Shown piece after piece: positions 1 through 24,360 of a DNA stretch of 64,000 bases. The DNA is taken from NCBI GenBank assembly GCA_965112735.1, contig OZ218957.1:3162001-3226000 (forward strand), given 5' to 3'. Positions within the stretch are counted from its first letter, which is position 1, and every line of letters starts with the position of its first letter. The notes below the pieces were generated by a model. That model searched no databases. It was not told the DNA's origin and saw only the letters and a program-made list of their open reading frames with translations. Source of the stretch: Phaeosaccion multiseriatum. Its lineage: Eukaryota; Protista; Ochrophyta, other classes. The position numbers and the translations under genes are program-made.

Positions 1-12521
<12,521 letters not shown>

Positions 12522-14347
12522 AGTAGGTCTGTGTTCACCTTGATTGTTCTATGTCTGTCGGTTGCAGTTTCCCATGTTCTTTTAGCTTACGCTTTAAGCC
12601 TTCCTCCTACCCATTTGCAGGAGGCAGTTGAGCCGCCGTCGGAAAGCAATTTGGAATTTCAATTTCCCATTCCCCCCATCAATGCATCGATCCCCCATCC
12701 TTCCCCCCCTCCGGTCCAAGCACTTGTAATGTAAAGATGTTGGATACAATGCCACCCCCAAACACGTAGCCCGGGTGTGCACTGCTTTCGTCTTGGGCAC
12801 TGACTGTGGCGTTGTCGATGTGAAGGGAGTGGAATGGACATTCCAAACAAATGGAGGGTGGTGGGCGGCCGTGGGGCATCAAGTAATGAGTGGACGGCAC
12901 GGGAGACGACAAAGGCTTTTCACACCGGAACGATGCCAGCGATACCAACGAGGTGAGTAGAGGAGGCAGACACGCATGGCGGGTCTTCCCGGCTGAAGTT
13001 CTGGGTAGACTGAAGGGCTTTGGGCTGATAGATCATTGATTGAAATTGAAAGGCTGGGGGGGATCACCGCCCACATCCACGAGTTGAAGGTCGACTGGCT
13101 ATTGTTCACAGCAACGCCTCGACCTTACGGCCCAAGCGCGCTGACTGTCGCGGGTAAAACCGCTTCGTTTCATGAGGCTCTATGCGCGGCTACCGACTCC
13201 AGAGCACCACCGGGCTTAGCGTTGTAGGCCTGCTCGGGTTCGTCCTGACGGCCTCCGCCCCCGTCTCTATATTCCCATCCCTTGGCGAATGCTCCCTACG
13301 GGGCGCTATTACGTGCTGGGGTTAAACCATAGAGTGCACATCCCTTCGTCCATCTTATTGTGTGTGATCTTTCGCGCCTGTTGTCTCGATGTAGGTGATA
13401 CGCATGCTTTACACCTTGCCCTCGGGGGGGAGGAGAACTCTGTGTCCTTCTCTCTCGTCTTGTCTTTGCGGAATGCCCACTGATTTGCTGTGGTTGGCAC
13501 GCCTTGATTGACCCGTCCCTCCCCCCCATCACTGCTGCTGCATTGTGCACACACGCATGTGACAGCCTGTGCCACAGGGAGTGAGTGAGGCCACGCATGG
13601 GAGCTCCTTACCTGTCTGGCGCTCGGACTGGGACGCCAGTCGATACCTGTGTGCGTGGCTTGGAGCTGTTGGAAAGGAGCGGCAAGCGAAGCAATCAGCC
13701 AGGCGCCCCCTGCACAAGTGTTTTTCAATGCTGTTACTCCTACCCTGAGACGTGATGTTTGCTACCCACGTTCTCCGATACACTTTGTTATGAAGGCTTC
13801 AAAGACCATGCACACAACGTATGTCTCCCTTGACACAGGTTGTGACAGCTACATCCCTCCCCCTTCCATGATTGGTGTGTGTGTGCCCTTGCCCCACTCG
13901 TGGGGGTATGTTCGAGTATGTGTATCTGTGGTCCTTTGTCCTACTCGGCCCCACAGCGGTGTCGCTTGTTTTAACTTATAAAAGTGGTACTACAGTATCA
14001 GAGAGCGCGGCAATGGAATGCACAATGCACCCCATTCCTCCAAGACAGAGGGAGAGAGCCCCAAAGACAGGCCGTGTGTCTGTGTGCGCGTGTGTGTGTG
14101 GTTGTGTGTGTGGTGGGTGGGTGGGTGTGTGTGTGTGTATTCGGGTCGGAGAAGAGAGAGAGTCCCAAAGATGCACATGTGTGTGGGCATGTGTGTGTGT
14201 GTCAGTGTGGCGCGTGTGTATGTGTCACCATGTCTCCTTCTCTTTTGTTTCGGATGTTTCAGGAAGGACGTGTAATAAAATCGAATAGACTTGTACGTTG
14301 GCGAACTGCTGTACAGCTGCCCCATCTCCTTCTTCCTCTCCCTGCTG

Positions 14348-16387
14348 CTACTGCTGCTGCTCCCGCTCCTCCTCCTCCTCCTCCTCCTCCTCCTCCTCCT
14401 CCTCCTCCTCCTCCTCCTCCTCCTCCTCCTCCTCCTCCTCCTCCTCCTTCTCCTTCTCCTTCTCCTTCTCCTCCTTCTCCTCCTCCTCCTCCTGCTGCTG
14501 CTGCTGCTGTTGGTGCGGTTGTATCACCAACTGCTGCTGTTGCTCGCCTTCGAGGTACTTGCCCACCCACGGCAGGCCCTCGAGCTGCTCTGGCGGGAAC
14601 ATGTCAGCGAGGCTGCGCACAAAGGGACGGTAGAAGTCCATCAGCAGCTGCAGCGTCTCTGCATGCACTTGCAGCCCTTTCCTCTTTTTGTTCTCATTGG
14701 CCGGGCCGGAGGGCTTCGAACCCGAGCCCGAAGAGGTCGATGCCCTGGCCATGGGGCGGTGCGGTATCTGTAGCGCCTGCTCCACACGCACCAGGGAAGC
14801 GTCCTTCTCGGCTGGGGTCTTGCCGAAGGAGGTGGCGTCAACGAGGAGGAAGTGGCTGGGATCATTGTCGAACACCTCCAGCCACACGTGCAAGTGCAAG
14901 GCGTAGAGGCCCTGCGAGAGGAAGTTGCTCTCGGGCAAGAAACCGCATCGGGCACGCATCCTCCTCCTCAGCAGCAGCAAGGACGCGTTGCTCTCCTGAT
15001 TGTCCTCAGGACTCCCCTTCTCAGGATCGCCCTCAGCTGGACTGCCCTCCGTCGGATTGGCCTTCACCTGTTCGCTTTCACGCAGACAGCGGCCCACACC
15101 CCCGTGGGCAGAAATCTCTTTCCTCACAACGTCGTGAACGCAGTCCGCATATGGAGCCGTGGCCGTCTTACCCACGCAGTCGCCAGTGTTAAAGTAGGGG
15201 ATGTGGCTGAGCGTCCGCTCTACGGGGTCCCGCATGGTGATGACGAGGAGGCAGCTGGGACAGAAGGCCTTGACGTTTCGCGCGGCGTTATCGATGGGCT
15301 TGTTGCCATGCAGGGAGCACAAGTGCGGGTGGTTCTTGGCGTCGCACTTGACGGTGTTGTCCGGTGGTAGGCGGAAGAGGTAGCCCGTGGCATGGTCACC
15401 TAGCACCATGTCCTCCATTGTTTCCGGCCCTGCTGAGACTGACGAAGAGGGAGGAGGGCTGACTCTGCCACTACCACCCAGTGCCTCCTCTCCCATTCCC
15501 ACTCTTGCTCCTACTCCTGCTCCTCCTTTCCCACCCTTGCTGGCACCCGTTGGCTTGGCCTTCTTGACAAGCTTCTTTGACGCTCTCTCTCGCAGGCCCT
15601 TCAAATGCCGCCCCAGGCCTCCCGCCACCTGAGCAGGAGTTCTCCAGAAGATGTGACTCTCCTTCTCGCGAGGCGCCGCAATGAATGGATGGCTACCCAG
15701 TAGGGTCCACAGCTCGCTCGTGCCGGACTTGGTGGTGCCAAGAACGATATAGTCGAGTGTCCTCACCCTTGATCCTCCCACATTGATGTAGGCTGGCTCT
15801 CGCGATGGTCGACTCCTCCCCCCCCCCCCCACCGGGCTCAGTTGGACAATCTCCTTCTCCTTTTCAGTAGTCTCTGCGTCTTGTTCCCTCCCTATAGTCT
15901 TCTCCTCCGGCTCTGGGGCCTTGGAGGGTTTTGATTGCTTCGCCGCCGTTGATACCGCTCCTAGGGTGATCATCCTCGGTGGAGACCTTCCGAACCCTCC
16001 TTGGCGAATTGCCAGCTCAAGCAAGCGGTGCTGGTCCGCCTCGCCTGAAGTCTCGTTGGGGCGCTCTCCTGGCACTAGTAAGGCAGTGGTTTGGGGTAGC
16101 CCCCCCTGCGCAGCTGTTTTCCCTGTGGCATCATTGTCTGTCCCTGGTGCCGCGCCTCTCTGCTTGCCAAGGTTGGACACAGTGTTCACCGCGAGGCCGC
16201 CCCATGCCAGAATAGCGATGGGGAGAAGTAGGCGTCTACCGCTGCAGCAGCTGCCTGCCTCCAGCGGGTGGCGTTGCCTCCCTCGCTTGCGTTTCCTCAA
16301 GCTTCCACTCCCCAATCGAGGACTACTGTAACTGCTGATGTCGTACGCGCCTCCTGTGGCAGGAGCACGCTCCCGCCAAGGGATCAT
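14348..16387 (-). CDS. Type II membrane PAPS-dependent sulfotransferase (heparan-sulfate 3-O/N-sulfotransferase-like domain), apparently intronless
   Basis: 5'-PSB loop LDYIVLGTTKSGTSELWTLLGSHP..KESHIF, 3'-PB motif ITMRDPVERTLSH, GLYALHLHVWLEVF and L.DFYRPF..LAD. N-terminal hydrophobic segment LLLPIAILAWGGLAV; poly-E/Q tail. Start at MIPW is a best guess. Confidence 0.85.
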   Translation of the reverse strand: MIPWRERAPATGGAYDISSYSSPRLGSGSLRKRKRGRQRHPLEAGSCCSGRRLLLPIAILAWGGLAVNTVSNLGKQRGAAPGTDNDATGKTAAQGGLPQTTALLVPGERPNETSGEADQHRLLELAIRQGGFGRSPPRMITLGAVSTAAKQSKPSKAPEPEEKTIGREQDAETTEKEKEIVQLSPVGGGGRSRPSREPAYINVGGSRVRTLDYIVLGTTKSGTSELWTLLGSHPFIAAPREKESHIFWRTPAQVAGGLGRHLKGLRERASKKLVKKAKPTGASKGGKGGAGVGARVGMGEEALGGSGRVSPPPSSSVSAGPETMEDMVLGDHATGYLFRLPPDNTVKCDAKNHPHLCSLHGNKPIDNAARNVKAFCPSCLLVITMRDPVERTLSHIPYFNTGDCVGKTATAPYADCVHDVVRKEISAHGGVGRCLRESEQVKANPTEGSPAEGDPEKGSPEDNQESNASLLLLRRRMRARCGFLPESNFLSQGLYALHLHVWLEVFDNDPSHFLLVDATSFGKTPAEKDASLVRVEQALQIPHRPMARASTSSGSGSKPSGPANENKKRKGLQVHAETLQLLMDFYRPFVRSLADMFPPEQLEGLPWVGKYLEGEQQQQLVIQPHQQQQQQQEEEEEKEEKEKEKEKEEEEEEEEEEEEEEEEEEEEEEEEEEEREQQQ

Positions 16388-16990
16388 TCTGCGAGCCTCC
16401 TTGATGAGATGAAAGAATGAAAGCATGTAACGTTTACAGTAAGTCACGGAATTCAAACTTACGGCCTCCTTTTCTTCGATTTTCTCATTTCTCGTTGTAC
16501 TCTGTCCCCCCCACTTCAGCAACCAGCTATGTTATGCCGCAGCAGGTGTGCTATCTACAAGGAAGTCCACAGGGTCCTGGAATTTTCGCACTTGGGTATG
16601 TTATTGATGTACTACGAAGTACTTTAAAAACTCCGCTCCTTCCCTTCTCTCCAAGGAGAAAATAGCGAAAGCGAAGCGGCAAATCTACCCGATTCCCTTT
16701 CTTGTTCTCACTCACTCACCCACCCACCCACCCACACACCCTAGAGACTGGGAGGTTGATGAGAACTAACATATAATATAGACAAAAAAAAAGACTGCAC
16801 TCTGTATCTCTCCTCCATTTCCAACAAGACCCTCACTCGCAATGCAGCACGCCTGCTCACGCATCCCCCCTTCCCCACACACAACGATGGCGCTATGATC
16901 CCCCTGCTGTATCGGCAGGCCCATCACTCGTAGTACCAATCAACAAACCTTGTCTCCTTTCCTCCCCCCCCCACAACACCGCCTTGTCCA

Positions 16991-18841
16991 TCAAAATCCC
17001 ACTGTAGTTCTCGCGCACTGCTGCTGCTGCTGCTGTCGCCTGCGCCTGCGCCCCCCGGGCAGCATTGCGAGAAACGCTCGAGATGCACCTCTCCACAACC
17101 CTCCCTTCCTCTTCCGGGCCGCTGCTGCTTCTGCGACCGCACCCTCTACTGCTGTCGCCGCTGCTGCCTCACCCCTTGCGGGTGCTGGTGCTGCTGGTGT
17201 CACAACGGCAAACGGGGCCAGCGTCGCGTCGGTTTCAAGAGCGGCGCCTACTGGTGGTCCTGGCGGTTTGACTGCTCCAGCCTCGAAGGCTTCTGCTGCT
17301 TGACCTGCATCACTTGCCTCCTTATCCGCAGCTACTGCGGGCTCGACTTGTTCGGCGGAAGGAGTCGTAGCAGTAGTAGCCGCAGTAGCCGCAGTAGCCG
17401 CAGTAGTGGCAGGAGTAGCACGCGGGCTGGCCGGGCTGGCAGCAGCAGAACCGAGGTCAGAGTCTTGCCTAGAGCCTTGCTCAGAGCCTTGCTCAGAGCC
17501 TTGCTCAGAGCCCTCCGCCGCTTGCACAGCCGCTTCCGGCGCCGGCGCTCGTCCCCAGGGGGCCAGGTCCTCCCCCGTCTGCTGCTGTTTCCCAATGCTC
17601 CACCTCTGCTCCACCGTCTTGATGCTGTGCGAGATGCGGTCGGCAGCAGCCGCGTCCTTCTCGGTGTGAGAGCTGCCCCCCCCGAGCATCAAGGAGAGGG
17701 CGGAATCGTGCTTCTGAAGGTTTCGCATGGTCATCCTGCTCTCGTGCCGCCTCAAGTTGGTGATGGTCAGCGCCTCCCAAGCCGGGGGGGGAGGGGTCCC
17801 GCCAGCAGGCGTGCCGCACGCGCTCCCAACCGACCTTGGCCCCCCTCCTCCTGCTCCGGCAATGGGCACGTTCCCCACCGACGCCGGCCTGCGAGTCTCG
17901 CCAACGGGGCCGCGAAAAGCAGCCGCTCCACGTCCGAGAGAGCTTCGCCAGTCTCGGCCGCGACTGGTGCAGCCCACCAAGCTCTTTGCACGCTCGCCTT
18001 GGCTCTTTGCGCGCTCGCCCCCCCTGATGCCATCCCTATTGCGGGCACGGCGACGCCGCCCCACTCGGGGGCCGACCAGGAGCTTGGTCAGTTTTGAGAG
18101 CGCTTCGCGACTCAGCCCCCCCATGCCCTCATCGGCGTCGTCGACGCTGTCGGTGGCGTCGCTGTCGCACTGGCTATGGCCGTCGTCACTACCGTCCATC
18201 TTGGCGTCCAAGTAAGCGCCCTCGCCCTCCACCTTGGCGCCATCGACGTAGTCTCCAAACTCATCCATCATAAGGCTATCCCAGCCTGCTGCCCGGTCCA
18301 GCTTGGCCACAAACCAGTCTTCGTCGAGCTCGGCTTTCTCCCTCCGCCACGGCCGTCTTCGCACCCCGCCTCCGCTCCTCTCCCTCGCTGCCGACAAGTT
18401 GGTGGTCGACCCCGAGCCCCCGTGCGACCAACCACCTGCAGACGAGCCGCCAGTCACACTGCTGTCTCCCTCCCCCTCCTGTGCGGCCTCCTTCTCGTCC
18501 GCGCCGGTGCTGTACCCCTCCTCTTCTCCGTCCTCGCTGCCATCCTCCTCCTCCCCCCCGCTAAAGTCCTCTGTATTGACATTGCAAGTGGAAACGCTGC
18601 CAGACATGCACGATGTTGTAGGAGCCGACGTTAGGTTCGCAGCAGACAAGTCGTCGTCGTCCAAGCAGTTCTCACCCCTCGAGGCATCATTTCCCTCCAT
18701 CGCCGCGATCTTCGCTCCTACTGCTGTGCTCTCTGTCCCTTTGGGCGCTGCTCTCTCCCTGCTCCTTCCCCTTCTTCCCGCCCGTCCCCCCCCGACCCTT
18801 GCTTCATCAGCGCGGATAGCCGGCCGACCCATCTGCCCCAT
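16991..18841 (-). CDS. Hypothetical low-complexity (D/E/G/A-rich) protein, 616 aa
   Basis: 1.85-kb ATG-initiated ORF not built from microsatellites; no recognisable domain. Confidence 0.45.
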   Translation of the reverse strand: MGQMGRPAIRADEARVGGGRAGRRGRSRERAAPKGTESTAVGAKIAAMEGNDASRGENCLDDDDLSAANLTSAPTTSCMSGSVSTCNVNTEDFSGGEEEDGSEDGEEEGYSTGADEKEAAQEGEGDSSVTGGSSAGGWSHGGSGSTTNLSAARERSGGGVRRRPWRREKAELDEDWFVAKLDRAAGWDSLMMDEFGDYVDGAKVEGEGAYLDAKMDGSDDGHSQCDSDATDSVDDADEGMGGLSREALSKLTKLLVGPRVGRRRRARNRDGIRGGERAKSQGERAKSLVGCTSRGRDWRSSLGRGAAAFRGPVGETRRPASVGNVPIAGAGGGGPRSVGSACGTPAGGTPPPPAWEALTITNLRRHESRMTMRNLQKHDSALSLMLGGGSSHTEKDAAAADRISHSIKTVEQRWSIGKQQQTGEDLAPWGRAPAPEAAVQAAEGSEQGSEQGSEQGSRQDSDLGSAAASPASPRATPATTAATAATAATTATTPSAEQVEPAVAADKEASDAGQAAEAFEAGAVKPPGPPVGAALETDATLAPFAVVTPAAPAPARGEAAAATAVEGAVAEAAAARKRKGGLWRGASRAFLAMLPGGRRRRRQQQQQQCARTTVGF

Positions 18842-19432
18842 CAGTAGCCCAGAGCTCCCTGTCTCTGACCCCAGATGGACAACACCACTAGCGGCGTTCC
18901 TGCTCCTACAAGTCTCGTTTATTTACGTACACTGGCAGTTCGTGGCTCCTCGCCAGGCCTCTGCGCTAGAACTGATCAGCAGGCCCTCTCTTGTACTCAA
19001 AACTGGCAAGGGATGTACCTACAACGAATGGGACAAAGGGTAGGTGAGTACTGCGCAGTACAGAGCTCTAACACACCTCTCTGCCCAGCTGCTCTCGATT
19101 CTTCAACAGAATTATCGCGGGCCGGAGCCAAACGCGAAATTCGTGAGTTTGAGTTTCAATAGCAATGCCGTTCGTTGTCGAACAACATTCGAGGCCTCGG
19201 GCGCGAGGCGGGCGGCTGGCGCCGGCAAAAGCTGGTAGCGTGCCCACTGACGCCGGTAATAGCGCTATTGAGCGCATCAGGGATCGACAGCATGTCCAGT
19301 TGCTAGCTCTCCTACCGGTGTGCCCCACTTCCTCCAAAGAACAGACAGATGAAACTGAAAAGAAGGAAGGTTTTCTTTTTGATAAAAAAAAAATAAAAAA
19401 TAAAAATGAAATAAACTAAACCCCTCCCAAAC

Positions 19433-21451
19433 TCAAACGCCAGCAGCGGAGGAGCAGCCCGCCTCGAGGCAGGCAAGCACGGAGTCTGCGAAGGCCTCTG
19501 CGGCCTCCGACGACACGATCGGGCTCGGGAACTGAAACGTCAGACACAGCTCCTCCCCCACCGTGACGCACGACACCTGATACGTCGTGCCCCAGGCCGT
19601 GTGTGCTGTTGCGTAGTAAATGCCCTCCAGAGACAGCCGCCCCCGCCCCTGCTTGCCGTACAAGGGTTCCTGTCCGTAGCGACCAGCATTGCTCACGCCG
19701 CACGTAAAGGCCCGGCCGAGAGAGAGCGGGTTGCGCGCCTCGAGCTCGCATATGTCACGCATCTCCATCTTGCGCATGCCCCAGTGGAACACCGCCACTG
19801 CCTCCCGAGGCATGGACCGCTTCACAAAGTCCAGATTGTCCTGCTTGCACTTCCTCGCCAGCTCCCAAAAGGCCTCCGAGGCTTCCCCCCGTCCCCCCTC
19901 TCCTCCCTCTGCGGCTTCTTTCCTTAGCGCAGTGCCGCTGTTCGTCTTGACGCTCGCGAAGATGTCCATCGCCCCTCCCGCACACGCCACCGTGCCCCTC
20001 GTCCAGTCCTTGTCGCTCTGGTCGTCAGCATAGGGGCGCATGTCGAGGGAGAGCAAAAACTTGAACGTGTCCATCAACTCCACCTCGTCCTCCTCCCACC
20101 CCTTCTTCTTCGCCTCTCCCTTTTCCTCGCTACCCCCCGCATGTATCGCATCGGAAGTGGACATGAGTACCGCAGCCGCCAGCGCCGCCGTGAGCGTCAG
20201 TCCGCGAGCCCTGCACGCCGTGAGCGCCGCTGTGACGCGGTCCCTGGGTAGAGAGCGATAGGAGCATATGGTGCTTCGCTGGTCCAGCCCGAAGGAGCCC
20301 CGCCGAGCTGGAGAGAGCACGGAGGGAAGCGAGTCGGGTAAGAGCTGAGGACCCTTGGCTCCGTTAAGGGCCTGCATGCCCATGTACATGAGCGTGTTGA
20401 GGCTGAACGTGTTGCCCTTGACGATGGCACTCTCCATACTCGGGGGCAGGGGGAAACTCTCCTCCTCTTCCTCTTCCTCCTTCTTTTTCTCCTTCTCCTC
20501 GGCTGCGGCCACTGCCGTCAAGAGGTCGTGTAGGAAGATGTTGCCGCTCTTCTGGTCGTCAATTGCGTGGTTCATGGTAAAGATGAGAGCCGTCTTGGTC
20601 CCACTGGCCCCTCGCAAGACATCCATCCTCCAGTTGGGCCCCGTGGGAATGTCCAGACTGGCGTGGTCAAGCTGGTGCTGCATGAGCGTCTGCCACGCCA
20701 AGTCAAAGGCCTCGTCGCTCACCACTCCGGCCCGCCCACTGCCACCCTCGGTGTGGGTGGAAGCAGCGTCCTCCGGCCCATAGGCGATGACCCTATCGGC
20801 CAGCTCTTCCAGCGACAGAGGGCTCTCCCGGAACACAAGCGGGTCCGCGTCATCTTCGTTCTTGCGGATCGTCATGGCAACAACCTCTCCCGGGTCAGCG
20901 GTGCCGGTGATGGCCGCCCGGAGCATGGGATGTCGTGCCAGAACCACCATGACTCCGGCCTTCAAGGCCTCCCGAGAGGGCGAAGCTTCCCCTCCCAGGA
21001 TGGCAGTAAAGACGTGCGGGGTAGCAAGGGTGTTGTCTCTAGCGTCCAGCGTTTTTGTGAGCAGCTTCTCGAAAGAGCCCAGCACTCGGGGAGAGAATGG
21101 GTTTCTCCTCTGCAACCCTGCTGCTGCTCCTCCTCCTTCTTCCTCAGGAGGGGTCAGTACCTTGGTCGCCTCTCCCGCTGAGGAAGCCACTGCCGGAGAG
21201 GAGCCCAATACCGAAGAAGCCCTCTTCCCTGCGTGTTGATGCTGATCAAGCCCTGCCCCGTAGCACGGCCTGCTGGCGCGCGCCCCTCCATTCTCCCTCC
21301 CTCCTCCCACTCTCTTTGTCATTGCCGCAGCCGGTGTCCCAACAAAGGCTGCGCCCTCCCAACATAGCACCGCCAACCCACAGGCCAGACAGGCCGTCGG
21401 CATTACCCTCTTGCACCCCTTCTTCCTCCTCTCTATGGCATCCTTCATCAT
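19433..21451 (-). CDS. CoA-dependent acyltransferase (condensation / alcohol acetyltransferase / PapA5-like fold), probably plastid-targeted, intronless
   Basis: ARHPMLRAAI motif, HxxxD catalytic motif in LIFTMNHAIDDQKSG, ACRARGLTLTAAL, GVSNAG, and a C-terminal VSCVTVGEELCLTF. N-terminal signal peptide ending WEGAA-FV. Confidence 0.8.
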   Translation of the reverse strand: MMKDAIERRKKGCKRVMPTACLACGLAVLCWEGAAFVGTPAAAMTKRVGGGRENGGARASRPCYGAGLDQHQHAGKRASSVLGSSPAVASSAGEATKVLTPPEEEGGGAAAGLQRRNPFSPRVLGSFEKLLTKTLDARDNTLATPHVFTAILGGEASPSREALKAGVMVVLARHPMLRAAITGTADPGEVVAMTIRKNEDDADPLVFRESPLSLEELADRVIAYGPEDAASTHTEGGSGRAGVVSDEAFDLAWQTLMQHQLDHASLDIPTGPNWRMDVLRGASGTKTALIFTMNHAIDDQKSGNIFLHDLLTAVAAAEEKEKKKEEEEEEESFPLPPSMESAIVKGNTFSLNTLMYMGMQALNGAKGPQLLPDSLPSVLSPARRGSFGLDQRSTICSYRSLPRDRVTAALTACRARGLTLTAALAAAVLMSTSDAIHAGGSEEKGEAKKKGWEEDEVELMDTFKFLLSLDMRPYADDQSDKDWTRGTVACAGGAMDIFASVKTNSGTALRKEAAEGGEGGRGEASEAFWELARKCKQDNLDFVKRSMPREAVAVFHWGMRKMEMRDICELEARNPLSLGRAFTCGVSNAGRYGQEPLYGKQGRGRLSLEGIYYATAHTAWGTTYQVSCVTVGEELCLTFQFPSPIVSSEAAEAFADSVLACLEAGCSSAAGV

Positions 21452-21878
21452 CCCTTTGGCGGGAGCGCTTATTAATGCGCAAGCAGCGAGCTACGGAAGT
21501 CAGAGGGCTCTATAATGCCCCCCAGGATGGCAATCTTGGCGAGGTGGGCGTAACCGTTTCGCTGCCAAGAAGGCGGGCTTTGTCCCAGCCGAGGTTTTCC
21601 TAGGGACCGCAAGAGTGGAGAAAGAGATGAGAGACGAGACACGAGAAGAGAGAGAATCGAAAAGGCCGAGGAGACCTCGATTTTTTATCGACCTTCGCGA
21701 CTCTCTGCCGCACTTCTCCCCCCCTCCTCTCAACTACTCTACTCCCACCACGCCACCAACAAGGGTAGCACCAGATAATACTCCTACAGTACAGTACGTT
21801 GGACGGCCCAAAAGCTCTGATGAGCACGTATATTTTTAATTTTTGACTTCCTTCTCCTGCTGGGGAAAAAGGCCTCTC

Positions 21879-24293
21879 CTACTTGACAAAGGCCCAGTTA
21901 TTCACCATGATCTTGCTGACGCACTGCAGCGCCTGGTCGCGCACATCTTTGTTGGGATGCTCTAGCAGGTCCATCGCCACCTCCTTCGCGCCGAGGTGCT
22001 TCACTATGCTCTTGCCTGGGGGAGAGGGGGGAGGGGAGGGAGGGACGTGGGGAGGGAGGAAGGAACAAAGGGTGGTGATGTGAGTGAGTGTAATACAGAG
22101 GGACCTTGCTCGGTCGTTAGATCGTATGCTAGTGACCATCAAATGACTATTCCTAGTGTTCGAGTGCACACCACGGTACTTCAAGTCAGTGAGTGAGTGA
22201 GTGAGTGAGTGAGTGAGTGAGGGAGGGAGGGATTGAGTGGGTCAGTGAGTGCGTGGCGAGAGCTCGAGCCTCCTCACCGCTGGGGTAGAAGCGCACAAAC
22301 TCTCCCACGTCTGAGCACGCCACTGCTTGCACCACATCGTCTTCGCTTCGCAGAAGCTGCTCGCCCATTGTCACATTATACAGAGAGAGGAGGAACGGGG
22401 GGCAGACGGGGGGGGAGTGGTGGAATGAGTGGGTAGGGAGAGAGAGGAAGAGGGAGCAGAGGCAAGAGATGAGAGGAGAGAGAAAGAGGGGGTAGAGATG
22501 ATAAGAGATTAAAAAGAGTACGACAGAGAGAAAGGTGATACACAGACACAAGCGACAGGAAAGAGAGGGGACGAGGCGTCGAGAGTAGACGGGAGAGTAG
22601 AGTAGGGATTACCCCCTCACCCCTACCCTGTTTCCGTTTCAACGTTACTAGACCGAATCAGTGTCCATCATGACCGGTCCCGACACCCTGTACTGCACTG
22701 TACCTGAATGAGCTTCTTCATGATATTGAAGTCGTCTGCCTCCGTCTCCCTCACGTGTTCCCGCCAGAACTTCTCTGTGTGCACCACGCCCCACTTGAGC
22801 TTGCCGCTCAGCACCTGAGTCACAACGGAGTGATGAGGGAGTGGGTCAGGGTCAAGTCACGGAGGGAGGCCGGGCGGGCAAACAGAGGAATGGTACCGTA
22901 AGGCCTTTAGGAGATACGAAGGAAAGGAGACACAAAGGAGAGCTCCTCTCTCCTCGCGGCCTCCATTCCCCTAACATCCCGTGACCATTCCCTGATCACT
23001 CACTACCATCCCCTAACCACCCCCTGCCCACCCCTTGCCATTCCCTGCCACCCCCTACCACCCCCTACCACCCCCTACCATCCCCTGCCATCCCCTGCCA
23101 TCCCCTGCCATCCCCTGCCATCCGCTGCCATCCCCTGCCTCACTCACCTCTTGGCTGTAGATCTCGAAGGTGGAGAGGTCTCTGTAGTTGTCTTGCAGGC
23201 GGTTGAACAGGAAATCTACGTCAGCGCCGATGTCGATGTCCGCCCACTGGAGGGGGGAGGGAGGGATGGCAGTGGACGGGGATGGATGGCAGTGGATCGG
23301 AGCGCAAGTGGGGGGCGGGAGGAGGAAGTGGGTGAGAGAGTGGGTATAGCCGGAGAGGGGAGAGGAGAACGAGAAGGGGTGAGAGAGAGAGGGAGAAGAG
23401 AACGAGAAGTAGCGAGACATAGGGAGACACACGCGAACACATACACACACAGAGAGAGAGAGGTAAGGAAGCAAGCAGTAGCGCATGCAGCGCATGTGTG
23501 GTGTGTGGCGCGTGCGGTTGTGAAGGCCCTTGATGTGTGTGTGTGTGGTATATAATACCCATTTCATCCACGCCCCTTCGCCTGCAGCACGCAAGCAACC
23601 CACAACCAATCCACACCCACACGCACCACCGCACGCACACACACCTGTCTCGACTTGAGGTTAGCGAGTGTGCTGGGCAGACCGCACGAAATCATCTCGC
23701 TATTGAAGCCGATGACCTGCCCCTCGGACAAGAGGCGAAGGGTGGCCAACGCCACTCGCACGATCTTCTCCCGGGGGGCTGCCGCTACTTGTTCCACGAG
23801 GGTAGGTACGGCCCCTGTGGGGGGCATGGCGATGGCACCCGATGGGGATGGGACACAGTCACACAAATGTCATTGTTACAGGGTGGAGTGGGGTGGGGTG
23901 GGGTGGGGTCGGTAAGTTACTGCCCACTACGTCACTGACTCTCAAGTCTCTACCAACGTCGTCACTACCCCATGTCCCCACTCAAGTACGTCACTCACCG
24001 CAGGCGAGGAAGTCGTGCCTTGTGTCCTCGCACAGCGCAATGCTCCACAGGCAAAAGCACAACTCATACAGCAGCTGAGCAGAGGCCAGATCGCTGCCCT
24101 GCATGCGCAGAAGCCTGTTTAGGTATCCCACACCCCCGTGACTGGCGAACAACACACGCGCACGCTGCATCAACAATACGACGACGACGACGACGACAAT
24201 GGCAACAACAATGACGACAACAAAAGTAACAGCAGCACGAGAACGACGACGACAATAGCAACAACAAGAACGACAACCACAAAGACAACAACG

Positions 24294-24360
<67 letters not shown>

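Noticed and set aside
12600-14250. Short ORFs and splice-like signals upstream of the VPS13-like gene
   Set aside because: No recognisable protein or RNA gene.
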